From NCBI GenBank assembly GCA_934700895.1, contig CAKUXV010000001.1, forward strand, positions 269,289 through 333,288: a stretch of 64,000 nt of DNA, read 5' to 3'. This document shows, one piece after another, positions 47,728 to 56,535 of this stretch (positions are counted from its first letter, which is position 1; each line of letters begins with the position of its first letter). A program made the translations under genes and the position numbers. The notes under the pieces are model-generated. The model ran no database searches. It was given only the letters and a program-made list of their open reading frames with translations, and was not told the DNA's origin. This DNA comes from an uncultured Bacilli bacterium. Its GTDB lineage: Bacteria; Bacillota_I; Bacilli_A; RFN20; CAG-826.

Positions 47728-48576
47728 ATGGAAGCCACCTCTCGTCGCGGCTTTAAAGGTTTCTTCGCCTTTAAGCGGGAATATCTTTCTTTCCCCTACG
47801 CGTTATTCCTTTTGCTCTTCGTCGTCTTCCCCATCTTCATCATCTTGGTTTATGCCTTCACGGAAACCACTACCGATCCGAGTGGAATCGAAACCCTTCA
47901 TTTCTCTTGGAGCGCTCTTGTTTCCTTCTTCACTTCGCCGACGAAAGTCAACGTCTTGGTTGTCAGCCTGTTCCTTGGCATCCTCAATACGATTCTCTGC
48001 CTTTTGATCGGCTATCCCTTAGCCTACTTGCTCGCGGATAAGAAAGTGAACACCAATTACGTTCTCGTCATGCTCTTCGTCATGCCGATGTGGATCAACT
48101 TCGTTCTCCGCACCGGGGCGACCCGCGACGTCTTGAACTGGATTGGCATCCAAGGCGGCGATCATCCCTATGTTTCTACGATGATCGGCCTCGTCTACAA
48201 CTATTTGCCGTTTACGATTCTGCCGTTATACACGACGATGATCAAACTCGACCGCTCCCAAATCGAAGCGGCTCGCGACCTCGGGGCCAACCCCTTCCAA
48301 ACCTTCGTCCACAGCATCCTTCCCCAATCGATCCCGGGCATTGTCTCGGCCGCGGAGATGGTCTTCATGCCGACGATGTCGAGCTACGTCATCTCCGATA
48401 CCTTAAGCGAAGGCAAATTGACGTTATTCGGCAACATCATTTACTTGAATTTCTCACAATCCCAATGGAATGAAGGCTCGTTTATGGCCTTCGTCATGTT
48501 GGTTCTCATCGGCGTATCGATGCTATTGACCCGCAAATTCCGCGGCGATGGCGAAAGGAGGATGGGCGCATGGTAA
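47728..48576 (+). CDS. potB: Spermidine/putrescine ABC permease.
   Basis: Six TM helices. EAA-like loop (EAARDLGAN). Confidence 0.8.
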   Translation: MEATSRRGFKGFFAFKREYLSFPYALFLLLFVVFPIFIILVYAFTETTTDPSGIETLHFSWSALVSFFTSPTKVNVLVVSLFLGILNTILCLLIGYPLAYLLADKKVNTNYVLVMLFVMPMWINFVLRTGATRDVLNWIGIQGGDHPYVSTMIGLVYNYLPFTILPLYTTMIKLDRSQIEAARDLGANPFQTFVHSILPQSIPGIVSAAEMVFMPTMSSYVISDTLSEGKLTLFGNIIYLNFSQSQWNEGSFMAFVMLVLIGVSMLLTRKFRGDGERRMGAW

Positions 48577-49478
48577 ACTCGGCAGCTTCGGCGGTTACAA
48601 GCAACGAAAAGAAGATTAAGCACCGCTCCTTGGCCCGTAAAATTTGGGGCCAATGCTACATTTGGTTCTTCCTTCTTTTGATGTACGTCCCCATCCTTGT
48701 TCTCATTGCTTCGAGTTTCACCAACAGCGAAGTCATCGGACAATGGAATGGATTCAGCTTCGACCTTTATGCTCGCTTGTTCCACGACGAGGAAATCGGC
48801 ATTGCTCTTGGCAACACGATTATCTTAGCTCTAACTAGCGGTGTGATTTCCACGATCCTAGGAACGATGGGCGCGATTGGCACCTTCTATTCCAAGAAAG
48901 TGTGGAAGGGCATCATCGAAAACACCACCCAGATTCCGGTTGTCAACGCGGAAATCGTCATCGCTTTGTCCCTTACGGTTCTCTTCGTTTTCTGTGGGAA
49001 TTACATCTTCGGCGGCACCAATATCTTCAGCTTCTGGACCCTTCTTGCCGGCCACGTCATCCTCTCGCTCCCTTTCGTTTATCTTTCCGTTAAACCGAAG
49101 CTCCAGCAGATGGATCCGGCCCTTTATGAAGCGGCCCTCGACCTTGGCTGCACCTCGCGCCAAGCGTTAGTAAAAGCCACGCTCCCGGAAATCATGCCGG
49201 GTATTGCTAGCGGCTTCTTGCTCTCCGTCACTTTGTCCCTCGATGACTTCATCGTCACCGCCTTCACCCGAGGTTCGGGACTACTTTCGGGAGACAAAAC
49301 AATCGAAACCCTATCGACCTTGGTTCAGGCCAAAATCAAAAAAGGCCCGATTCCTCCGGCGATGCGCGCTCTTACGACGTTCATCTTCCTGTTTGTTTTG
49401 CTGCTTGTTGTCTCGGTGACGGTCTATCGTTCCATCAAGGCCAAACGCGGCTTTAAGAAAAGAAAGGGAAGGGCCTAA
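48570..49478 (+). CDS. potC: Spermidine/putrescine ABC permease.
   Basis: Six TM helices. EAALDLGCT loop. Start overlaps the potB stop. Confidence 0.8.
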   Translation: MVNSAASAVTSNEKKIKHRSLARKIWGQCYIWFFLLLMYVPILVLIASSFTNSEVIGQWNGFSFDLYARLFHDEEIGIALGNTIILALTSGVISTILGTMGAIGTFYSKKVWKGIIENTTQIPVVNAEIVIALSLTVLFVFCGNYIFGGTNIFSFWTLLAGHVILSLPFVYLSVKPKLQQMDPALYEAALDLGCTSRQALVKATLPEIMPGIASGFLLSVTLSLDDFIVTAFTRGSGLLSGDKTIETLSTLVQAKIKKGPIPPAMRALTTFIFLFVLLLVVSVTVYRSIKAKRGFKKRKGRA

Positions 49479-49481
49479 TTC

Positions 49482-51206
49482 ATGAAAAAGAAATCCTTGG
49501 TTTTCTCTCTGGCTTCGAGCCTTCTTGCGTTAACTTGCCTTTCCGGATGCTCTTCCCAAGAAGAAGGCATCGTCATCAAGGTTCTCAACTGCGAAGACTA
49601 TATCGGCGAAGATGAATTCGATTTCGTCGACGAAGACGGCAACGAACACACCTATGACGACGTTTTGACGGGATTTGAGGAATACGAATCCGCCAAACTC
49701 GGCAAGCCCGTCACGGTGGTTTACGACACCTACGACACGAACGAAACGATGCTTTCCTCCCTCAAAACGGGGAAATCCACCTACGATTTGATCGTCGCTA
49801 GCGACTACACCGTCCAAAAAATGATGATGATGGGCATGCTCCAAAAAATCGATTTGGATCGCGTCCCTCAATATCGCGATAACGTTTCTCCTTATTTAAA
49901 GACTCAACTCGACCAAATCACCGCGGAAGTGAATGGAGTCAAAGAATCGGTTGGGGATTATTCCCTCGGCTATATGTGGGGAACCCTCGGCATCCTCTAT
50001 AATCCCGCCAAAGTTGCTTCCGACAAAGGGATGGAAGAAGATGAAGTCAAGGGGGCCATGAACCACTGGAACTCGCTCTGGGATACTCGCTTCAAAGGCG
50101 AGATGTCCGTCAAAGATTCCATGCGCGACACCTATTCGGTTGGTATCATGGAACTCTTCGAAGAGGAAATCATCGCGGATTTGGAAGCTTCGAATTGCTT
50201 CGACGAAAACTTCAATTTGCTGGAAGGCAAATGGCAAGAAGCCGTTGATACCTATAACCCCAAATTGACCGAAATCTTCAACCGCTGTGACGAAGAGACC
50301 GTTTCGAAAGTCAAAGACACCCTCTTGAAACTCAAGGAAAACATCTTTGGCTTCGAGGTCGACTCCGGCAAAGAAGACATGGTCAAGGGAATGATCGGCA
50401 TGAACCTCGCCTGGAGCGGGGATGCCGTCTTCTCCATGGATACGGCCGAAGAAGGCCGGAATCCGATTTACATCTATTATTCGGTTCCGCGCACCGGCGG
50501 AAACATCTGGTTCGACGCCTGGATGATGACGAAGGACTGCCAAGGCGAATCCCAAGTTGCCGCCTATGACTTCCTGGATTTCGTGAGCAACCCCCAAGTC
50601 GCCGCTGCCAACATGAACACGATCGGCTATACCTCCTTCATCGGAGGAGAAACCGTCTTGGATTTGGTCCGCGAATGGTATGACCCGCGCTTCCGCGGCG
50701 ATTACGAAGAAACTTATGACGACGACGGAGACGAAGTCGCCGATGGAGCCGTTATCGATGGCGAAAAAGTTTCTTGGTCGGCTTTAGCAGAAGAAAACGA
50801 GTGGAGCGTCGTTGATCTCTCCTACGTCTTCAATCCGGCTTCCTATCTCCCGGCTTCCCCCATGGATACGCCGCTAAATAATCCGTGCCTCTTCTATACC
50901 GATGAACTGGAAGAAGTGCCAGATGGCGATACTACTTGCATCGCCGGACGTCAGTTCTACGCGCAATATCCGCCCCAAGAATTGATTCCGAAGCTCGCGA
51001 TCATGAAAGACTATGGCGAAAACAACCGCTATGTCCTTGCGATGTGGCAGGATGTCAAATCCAACAACTTGCCGTTAGCGGGCGTCATCGTCTTCGCCGT
51101 GATTCTTCTTGCCGCCGCCGCCTTCATCGTGGGCGGAGTCGTGGTCAAGAGACGTTATCACAAACTTCGCGTTGCTCGTCGCAAAGAACACGTCAAAAAT
51201 TCCTAA
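49482..51206 (+). CDS. potD: Polyamine-binding lipoprotein, an unusually long PotD (574 aa) with a C-terminal hydrophobic anchor.
   Basis: Lipobox LSGC. PotD-like core. C-terminal LPLAGVIVFAVILLAAAAFIVGGVVV followed by basic residues. Confidence 0.75.
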   Translation: MKKKSLVFSLASSLLALTCLSGCSSQEEGIVIKVLNCEDYIGEDEFDFVDEDGNEHTYDDVLTGFEEYESAKLGKPVTVVYDTYDTNETMLSSLKTGKSTYDLIVASDYTVQKMMMMGMLQKIDLDRVPQYRDNVSPYLKTQLDQITAEVNGVKESVGDYSLGYMWGTLGILYNPAKVASDKGMEEDEVKGAMNHWNSLWDTRFKGEMSVKDSMRDTYSVGIMELFEEEIIADLEASNCFDENFNLLEGKWQEAVDTYNPKLTEIFNRCDEETVSKVKDTLLKLKENIFGFEVDSGKEDMVKGMIGMNLAWSGDAVFSMDTAEEGRNPIYIYYSVPRTGGNIWFDAWMMTKDCQGESQVAAYDFLDFVSNPQVAAANMNTIGYTSFIGGETVLDLVREWYDPRFRGDYEETYDDDGDEVADGAVIDGEKVSWSALAEENEWSVVDLSYVFNPASYLPASPMDTPLNNPCLFYTDELEEVPDGDTTCIAGRQFYAQYPPQELIPKLAIMKDYGENNRYVLAMWQDVKSNNLPLAGVIVFAVILLAAAAFIVGGVVVKRRYHKLRVARRKEHVKNS

Positions 51207-51279
51207 GTTTAAAGCCCTTCTGATCTCAGGAGGGTTTTTCATTTGCAGGAAAAGAAAAACGGATACAATATGCCTGTTC

Positions 51280-52860
51280 ATGAAGAATCCCACGTTTTTT
51301 GCGGCCCATTATGACGTTATCGTCATCGGCGGGGCTTTGGCCGGCATGTCCGCGGCCATGGATTTGGCCCGCCACGGCAACAAGGTTTTGATTTTGGAAC
51401 GTCATAACCTCCCAGGAGGCGTGGCGACTAGCTTTGTCCGAAGCGGCGTGGAAATGGAAGCCACTCTTCACGAAATGATGTCGATCGGGCCCAAAGAAGC
51501 CCCATTATTTATTCGGGAATACCTAGAAGAAAATGGCTTGGATTTGAACTGGCTCCGCGTGCCGGAAGCCTATCGACTGTCCGCACCCGCCGATTCCATC
51601 GATATCACACTTCATGCCGGAAAAGACGAAGATGGCATCTTTCTCTGCGCCAAGGAAATCGAAAAGCAATATCCAGGCGAAGGGAAGAAAGCCGATGCGC
51701 TTTTGAAACTGTGCGAAAAGGTTTATGAAAGCGCCCGTTATTTTAACGACCATTCGCTTAGCAAAATCCAAACGATGATGGAGCATGAAGGGCTAGCCAA
51801 GACGGCGGGGTATTCGGCGAAAGAAGTACTGGATTGCTTTCAAATCTCTACCCCCGTCCAAAAGATTTTATCCGCCTATTGGATTTATGTGGGCGGCCCG
51901 ATGTCGGATATGCCTTTTGCAATCTATGCTTTTCTTATGGGGGATTATATGGTGGGAGGTGGCTACGTTCTTCGCGGCTTTTCCCACGAACTTGCCTGCG
52001 CCATGGCGAAAAAATGCGAGGAGCTTGGCGTTCAAATCGAATACGGCCAGGAAGTGGAAAAGATTTTAATCCGCGACGAGAAACGAAAGGACAAACGTCC
52101 CTCCGTCTATGGAGTCCGTACAAAGAGGGGAGATGAAATCCACACTCGATACGTCGTTTCCGCCCCCTATCAGGAAACGGTTTATAAGAAAATGGCGGAA
52201 CCCAAAAGCCTGGTGCCCAAGGATGCGTTCCGCTTGGTCAATTCTAGAAAGATGAACGTATCGACGTTCTCTCTCGTTTTGCGTTTAGAAGGGAAACCCG
52301 AGGACTATAACATCCACGATTATTCCGTGTTTTCCTGCGACTCCCCCATGGATAGTGATCGCTTCTTTGAAGAAGGAGAACAACTTGGAAACTGGGACTA
52401 TTTGGCGACCATTTGCCTGAACTACGCGAATCCCGATGGGGTCCCGGAAGGAACCACGTCTCTCGCCATTACGGCCATGCCCCTCCCGGAAGCGTTTTTT
52501 AACGTCGACGCGGATTCTTACCGCAAGGTGAAGCGGGAAATCGCAAGGCAAATGATCGAGACGGTTTCACGGCGTATTGGCGCGGATATATTCGGCCATA
52601 TTTTGGATATTGTGATCGAAACCCCGATGAGCGTTTATCGTTACATGAAAGATTATCGAGGCGGGGTATATGGATATCGCCACAGCATGTCGGATTCCAT
52701 TGTTTCCCGTCAAGGAGTCTATGCCAAAGAACATTATATTCATGGCTTAACTTGGGGAGCCGCTCATGCCCTGACTGGAGACGGGATGGCCGTCAACATC
52801 AATAACGGCCGCATCGCCGCCAAAATGATTGAAACGTGGCAAAAGGAGGACGCCCAATGA
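51280..52860 (+). CDS. NAD(P)/FAD-dependent oxidoreductase (phytoene-desaturase/amine-oxidase-like fold).
   Basis: N-terminal DVIVIGGALAGMSAAMDLARHGNKVLILE. The ORF's upstream extension to 51109 overlaps potD and was rejected. Confidence 0.7.
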   Translation: MKNPTFFAAHYDVIVIGGALAGMSAAMDLARHGNKVLILERHNLPGGVATSFVRSGVEMEATLHEMMSIGPKEAPLFIREYLEENGLDLNWLRVPEAYRLSAPADSIDITLHAGKDEDGIFLCAKEIEKQYPGEGKKADALLKLCEKVYESARYFNDHSLSKIQTMMEHEGLAKTAGYSAKEVLDCFQISTPVQKILSAYWIYVGGPMSDMPFAIYAFLMGDYMVGGGYVLRGFSHELACAMAKKCEELGVQIEYGQEVEKILIRDEKRKDKRPSVYGVRTKRGDEIHTRYVVSAPYQETVYKKMAEPKSLVPKDAFRLVNSRKMNVSTFSLVLRLEGKPEDYNIHDYSVFSCDSPMDSDRFFEEGEQLGNWDYLATICLNYANPDGVPEGTTSLAITAMPLPEAFFNVDADSYRKVKREIARQMIETVSRRIGADIFGHILDIVIETPMSVYRYMKDYRGGVYGYRHSMSDSIVSRQGVYAKEHYIHGLTWGAAHALTGDGMAVNINNGRIAAKMIETWQKEDAQ

Positions 52861-54032
52861 AATTCAAAGGCCTTTGGAAAGACGTCACGGGCTTTTTCCG
52901 CGTCAATAAATTAAGAAAGAACGCGATTAAAAATGCGTCGGCTTCTGAAAAATATTTGGACCCCATCGCCGAAGTAGCGAACGAACTCCACCCCGAGTAT
53001 TTGGATTTGGTCGTGACAAAGATCGAAGAAGAACCGCACGCCAAAAAGATGACCTTCGAAAGGACGGACGGCAAGAAACTTCCCCCATTTGACGCGGGAC
53101 AGTATGTCTCTTTGGCCTTAAAAATTGGCGACACGTTAACTACTAGACCCTATTCCGTTTGCAGCGCCCCCTTTGAAGCGCGTTTGGAGGAGCACCCCCA
53201 TATTTCAATTTGCGTGGTAAGAAAAGAAGATGGCTTTGCTTCTAAATTTCTTTGCGATTCGGTTTCTATCGGCGACCATTTTTCCGCTACTTTCCCTCTT
53301 GGGTTTTTCTACTTTGAACCATTAAGAGATTGCAAAAAAGTCGTGGCTTTAGCGGGAGGAAGCGGCATCACCCCCTTCTTGTCCATGGCCAAAGAAATTC
53401 GTCATGGAACCTTGGAGATGGACTTAACGATTCTATATGGTTCTTCCACCCCGCAAATGCTTTTGAAGCGGGAACTGGAGGATTGCGTCTGCGGCTCCCT
53501 CCGCCTAGTCCCCGTTATTTCTAATGATTCCAATTTTGAAGGAGAAAAAGGATTTTTAGACCGCGAGAAGATTCGTCGTTATTCCCAAGGCGAAGTTTCC
53601 TATTTTGCCTGTGGCCCCCAAGCGATGTATGAATTCGTCGAACGGGAATTAAGGGCTTTAAATATTCCAACCAAGCGAATTCGGATGGAAACGTTCGGTT
53701 CTCCCAAAGACATCGCCAAAGAAGAAGGTTATCCCCAAGGCGAGGAGAAGAAGTCCTTTCGGCTAACTGTCTATCGAGGAATCCATAAAGACGAAATCCC
53801 CGCTAAAGCTAATGAGCCCATTTTGGTTGCTTTAGAAAGAGCGGGCATTCCTTCTAACAGCCATTGCCGCAGCGGCGAATGCGGATTTTGCCGTTGCGAA
53901 CTCCTTTCCGGCTCTGTTTTTGTTCCGAAAAAAGGAGATGGCAGACGTTATAGCGACAAGACTTTTGGCTACGTCCACGCCTGCTCTGCTTACCCCTTAA
54001 GCGATCTCGAAATCCGCATTATCATTAAGTAG
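52857..54032 (+). CDS. Ferredoxin-NAD(P) reductase-like protein with a C-terminal plant-type 2Fe-2S ferredoxin domain.
   Basis: FAD-binding RPYS motif. NAD-binding GGSGITP. C-terminal CRSGECGFCRC. ATGA overlap with the upstream gene. Confidence 0.7.
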   Translation: MKFKGLWKDVTGFFRVNKLRKNAIKNASASEKYLDPIAEVANELHPEYLDLVVTKIEEEPHAKKMTFERTDGKKLPPFDAGQYVSLALKIGDTLTTRPYSVCSAPFEARLEEHPHISICVVRKEDGFASKFLCDSVSIGDHFSATFPLGFFYFEPLRDCKKVVALAGGSGITPFLSMAKEIRHGTLEMDLTILYGSSTPQMLLKRELEDCVCGSLRLVPVISNDSNFEGEKGFLDREKIRRYSQGEVSYFACGPQAMYEFVERELRALNIPTKRIRMETFGSPKDIAKEEGYPQGEEKKSFRLTVYRGIHKDEIPAKANEPILVALERAGIPSNSHCRSGECGFCRCELLSGSVFVPKKGDGRRYSDKTFGYVHACSAYPLSDLEIRIIIK

Positions 54033-54122
54033 ACTTAACTTTATTTATATATAAATAAGGTACAACTGCTCTCCTTTTGTGGCATAATTAACCCCGTCAA
54101 GCAGAAAGGCTTTTATTTTCTT

Positions 54123-55442
54123 ATGATTGCAAAAACAAAAGAAATCAAAGACATCGGCGGCCTGACAGATGAAAGAGAAACGGTGGTTTTGCCTCCGCCT
54201 CCCTTCGTCTACCTTGCGTTGGAAAACGCGCGTTGCCCCAAGGCGGAATGCACCGTCAAAGAAGGCGACCACGTCTATCTCCATCAACAAGTTGGACTCC
54301 GTCATGGCCCCTCTTTCGAAGAACCCATCCATTCCACGGTAAGCGGAACGGTGGTCGGCTTCGAAAAACGCTATCACCGCGCGGGCAAGATGGTGAATTA
54401 CATCAAAGTCGAAAATGACTTTAAGGACGAGAAGGATCCTAGCGTCTCTCCTCGTACCATGGAGCAAATCAAGACTCTCTCCTTTGACGACGCGGTGGAA
54501 ATCTTCAAGAACCGCTGCCTCGTGGGGCTTGGAGGATCTTCCTTCCCGACGTATGTGAAACTTCAATACGCCAAGGGCAAAAAGATCGACATGATCCTCA
54601 TCAATGCGATTGAGTGCGAGCCCTCCATCTCGGCGGATTATCGCTTGTTGGATGAAAAAGCGGACGACGTCCTTCGCGGCGTCCTTTGCCTCCAAAATCT
54701 CTTCCACTGCGGCGATGCGCGCATCTGCATCAAGAAGAAGCACGGCGAACTGATCGCCAAGCTTCAGGAAAAGATTGCCAAGGATTATCCGGGAAGCGGC
54801 ATCAGCGTCGACCCGATGCGCAACTATTATCCCCAAGGCTGGGAAATTGCGATGATTAAAGAAGCCACCCATGGCAAAGTGATCATCCCGCCCGGAAAGA
54901 AGGGGCTACCCCCGGATTACGGCATTTTCAATGTGAATGCCATGACCTGCGCTGGGGTTTGGTATGCCCTTGGCGACGACGAACCCGTTTATGAACGCTA
55001 TGTCACCGTCGCGGGAGACGGCATCAATAAGCCCGTCAACCTCGAAGTCCGCGTTGGCACTCCGATCACCGATTTGATCCAAGCTGCCGGCGGATACAAA
55101 GACGAATCGCCGAAGGTTTTAATCCTTGGCGGACCGATGATGGGCGCTGCTTTGCCTAGCGATGATGCTATCGCTACCAAGACCGTGACCTCGATCATCG
55201 TCGAAAACGCCAAAGAAAAGGAAGCAAAACCCTGCATCCATTGCGGATCCTGCGTTTATAGCTGCCCGACTCATCTCCAACCGGTTCTCATCATGGAAGC
55301 CGTCAAGAGCATGAACCGTGACCGCATCAAAATGCTCAACCCGCTCAACTGCATCGAATGTGGACTTTGCTCCTATTCCTGCACGTCCGGCATCGCCGTC
55401 ACCGATTTTGTAAGGAGGGCAAAGATCATCGCAAAACTTTGA
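54123..55442 (+). CDS. rnfC: Rnf complex subunit C (NADH-binding, 2x[4Fe-4S]).
   Basis: CIHCGSCVYSCP and CIECGLCSYSC motifs. GLGGSSFPT. Confidence 0.85.
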   Translation: MIAKTKEIKDIGGLTDERETVVLPPPPFVYLALENARCPKAECTVKEGDHVYLHQQVGLRHGPSFEEPIHSTVSGTVVGFEKRYHRAGKMVNYIKVENDFKDEKDPSVSPRTMEQIKTLSFDDAVEIFKNRCLVGLGGSSFPTYVKLQYAKGKKIDMILINAIECEPSISADYRLLDEKADDVLRGVLCLQNLFHCGDARICIKKKHGELIAKLQEKIAKDYPGSGISVDPMRNYYPQGWEIAMIKEATHGKVIIPPGKKGLPPDYGIFNVNAMTCAGVWYALGDDEPVYERYVTVAGDGINKPVNLEVRVGTPITDLIQAAGGYKDESPKVLILGGPMMGAALPSDDAIATKTVTSIIVENAKEKEAKPCIHCGSCVYSCPTHLQPVLIMEAVKSMNRDRIKMLNPLNCIECGLCSYSCTSGIAVTDFVRRAKIIAKL

Positions 55443-55452
55443 TCGTTTCATT

Positions 55453-56535
55453 ATGGAATTTGTCAAACAATCTGCGCCCCACATCAAAAGAAAGGACAAT
55501 TTGATGTGGATGCTGCTCAACGTGATCATCGCGTTGGCCCCCACGGCCATTTGGGCCTGGGTCGTCTCCCCGCTTGCTGCGCTTCGCATCTTCCCTCTTG
55601 CGATTGCCACTTGCCTCCTTTGCGAATTCCTCTTCGTCGTTATCACGAAGAAGGATCCCAAAGCCTTTAAGATCGAGAATATCCTCTCTTCGATCATTAC
55701 CGGCATGATTTATGGCCTTTGCCTCCCCACCGAAATGAGCTGGGGCAACGGCATGGGCTATGTCATCGTCATCTTCGGTGCCGCCATCGGCATCGTTCTT
55801 GGCAAACTCGTCTTCGGCGGGCTTGGCAACAACATCTTCAACCCCGCGGCCCTCGGCATGGTCGTTGTGCGCTTGTTCTGGGGCGGATTCTTATCCTCTT
55901 CCACCACGGGCACCGGCGGATTCATCGATGGGTCCATCGTGGCGGGCGGAACCTCGCTTTCTTATGGAGCGACCTATTCCAACATTGCTAACGCGGACTT
56001 CCTCGGCATGTTCTTAGGACGTGCTCCAGGCGCCTTAGGAGAAGGCTTCCACGTCGCAATCCTCGTGGGTCTTGCCTATCTTCTCATCACCCGCACCATC
56101 GATTGGCGCGTCTTTGTTTCCTATTTTGGAACCTTCGCCGTGTTGATGCTTGTGGCGGGAATTGTGGTCCAAACCCAACTCCCCACGGTCAATTGCGGAG
56201 CTTTCTTGCTCTATCAATTGCTCTCTGGCGGCATCCTCTTCGGCGCGGTCTTCATGATCACCGACCCGGTAACCGGACCGATGGGCGGGCCGAACCGCGT
56301 CCTATTCGGCATCTTCGGCGGGTTCATGGCCGTCCTCATCCGTATCGTGTTGAAGACGGAAGGGGTCGCCTATTCGATCCTGTTCGCCAACATGATTGCC
56401 CCGGTTCTCGATTATCCTTCTTGGTCCTCTTCGACCTGGAAGAAGCACCATTTCATCTCCGCCGGTATCATCGGCGTGTTTGGAATCTTGCTCGTTGTGC
56501 TCGTCTTACTCTTTAAGGAAGGAGCCATCGCATGA
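55453..56535 (+). CDS. rnfD: Rnf complex subunit D.
   Basis: Polytopic NqrB/RnfD-like protein in the canonical operon position. Confidence 0.85.
   Translation: MEFVKQSAPHIKRKDNLMWMLLNVIIALAPTAIWAWVVSPLAALRIFPLAIATCLLCEFLFVVITKKDPKAFKIENILSSIITGMIYGLCLPTEMSWGNGMGYVIVIFGAAIGIVLGKLVFGGLGNNIFNPAALGMVVVRLFWGGFLSSSTTGTGGFIDGSIVAGGTSLSYGATYSNIANADFLGMFLGRAPGALGEGFHVAILVGLAYLLITRTIDWRVFVSYFGTFAVLMLVAGIVVQTQLPTVNCGAFLLYQLLSGGILFGAVFMITDPVTGPMGGPNRVLFGIFGGFMAVLIRIVLKTEGVAYSILFANMIAPVLDYPSWSSSTWKKHHFISAGIIGVFGILLVVLVLLFKEGAIA

Noticed and set aside
46014-47738. 302-aa and 227-aa minus-strand ORFs, plus several 60-130-aa ORFs across potA-potD (for example 49896-50597)
   Set aside because: All are antisense to the well-supported potABCD genes. 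Their composition is typical of GC-skewed shadow frames.
51109-51279. N-terminal extension of the FAD-oxidoreductase ORF (MPPPPSSW...)
   Set aside because: It overlaps the 3' end of potD in another frame. The canonical Rossmann N-terminus begins at the internal ATG at 51280.
54045-54872. 275-aa ORF on the minus strand
   Set aside because: Entirely antisense to rnfC. Low-complexity Ala/Asp/Leu-rich translation, no ribosome-binding site. Shadow ORF.
55119-55706. 195-aa minus-strand ORF
   Set aside because: Antisense to the rnfC/rnfD junction.
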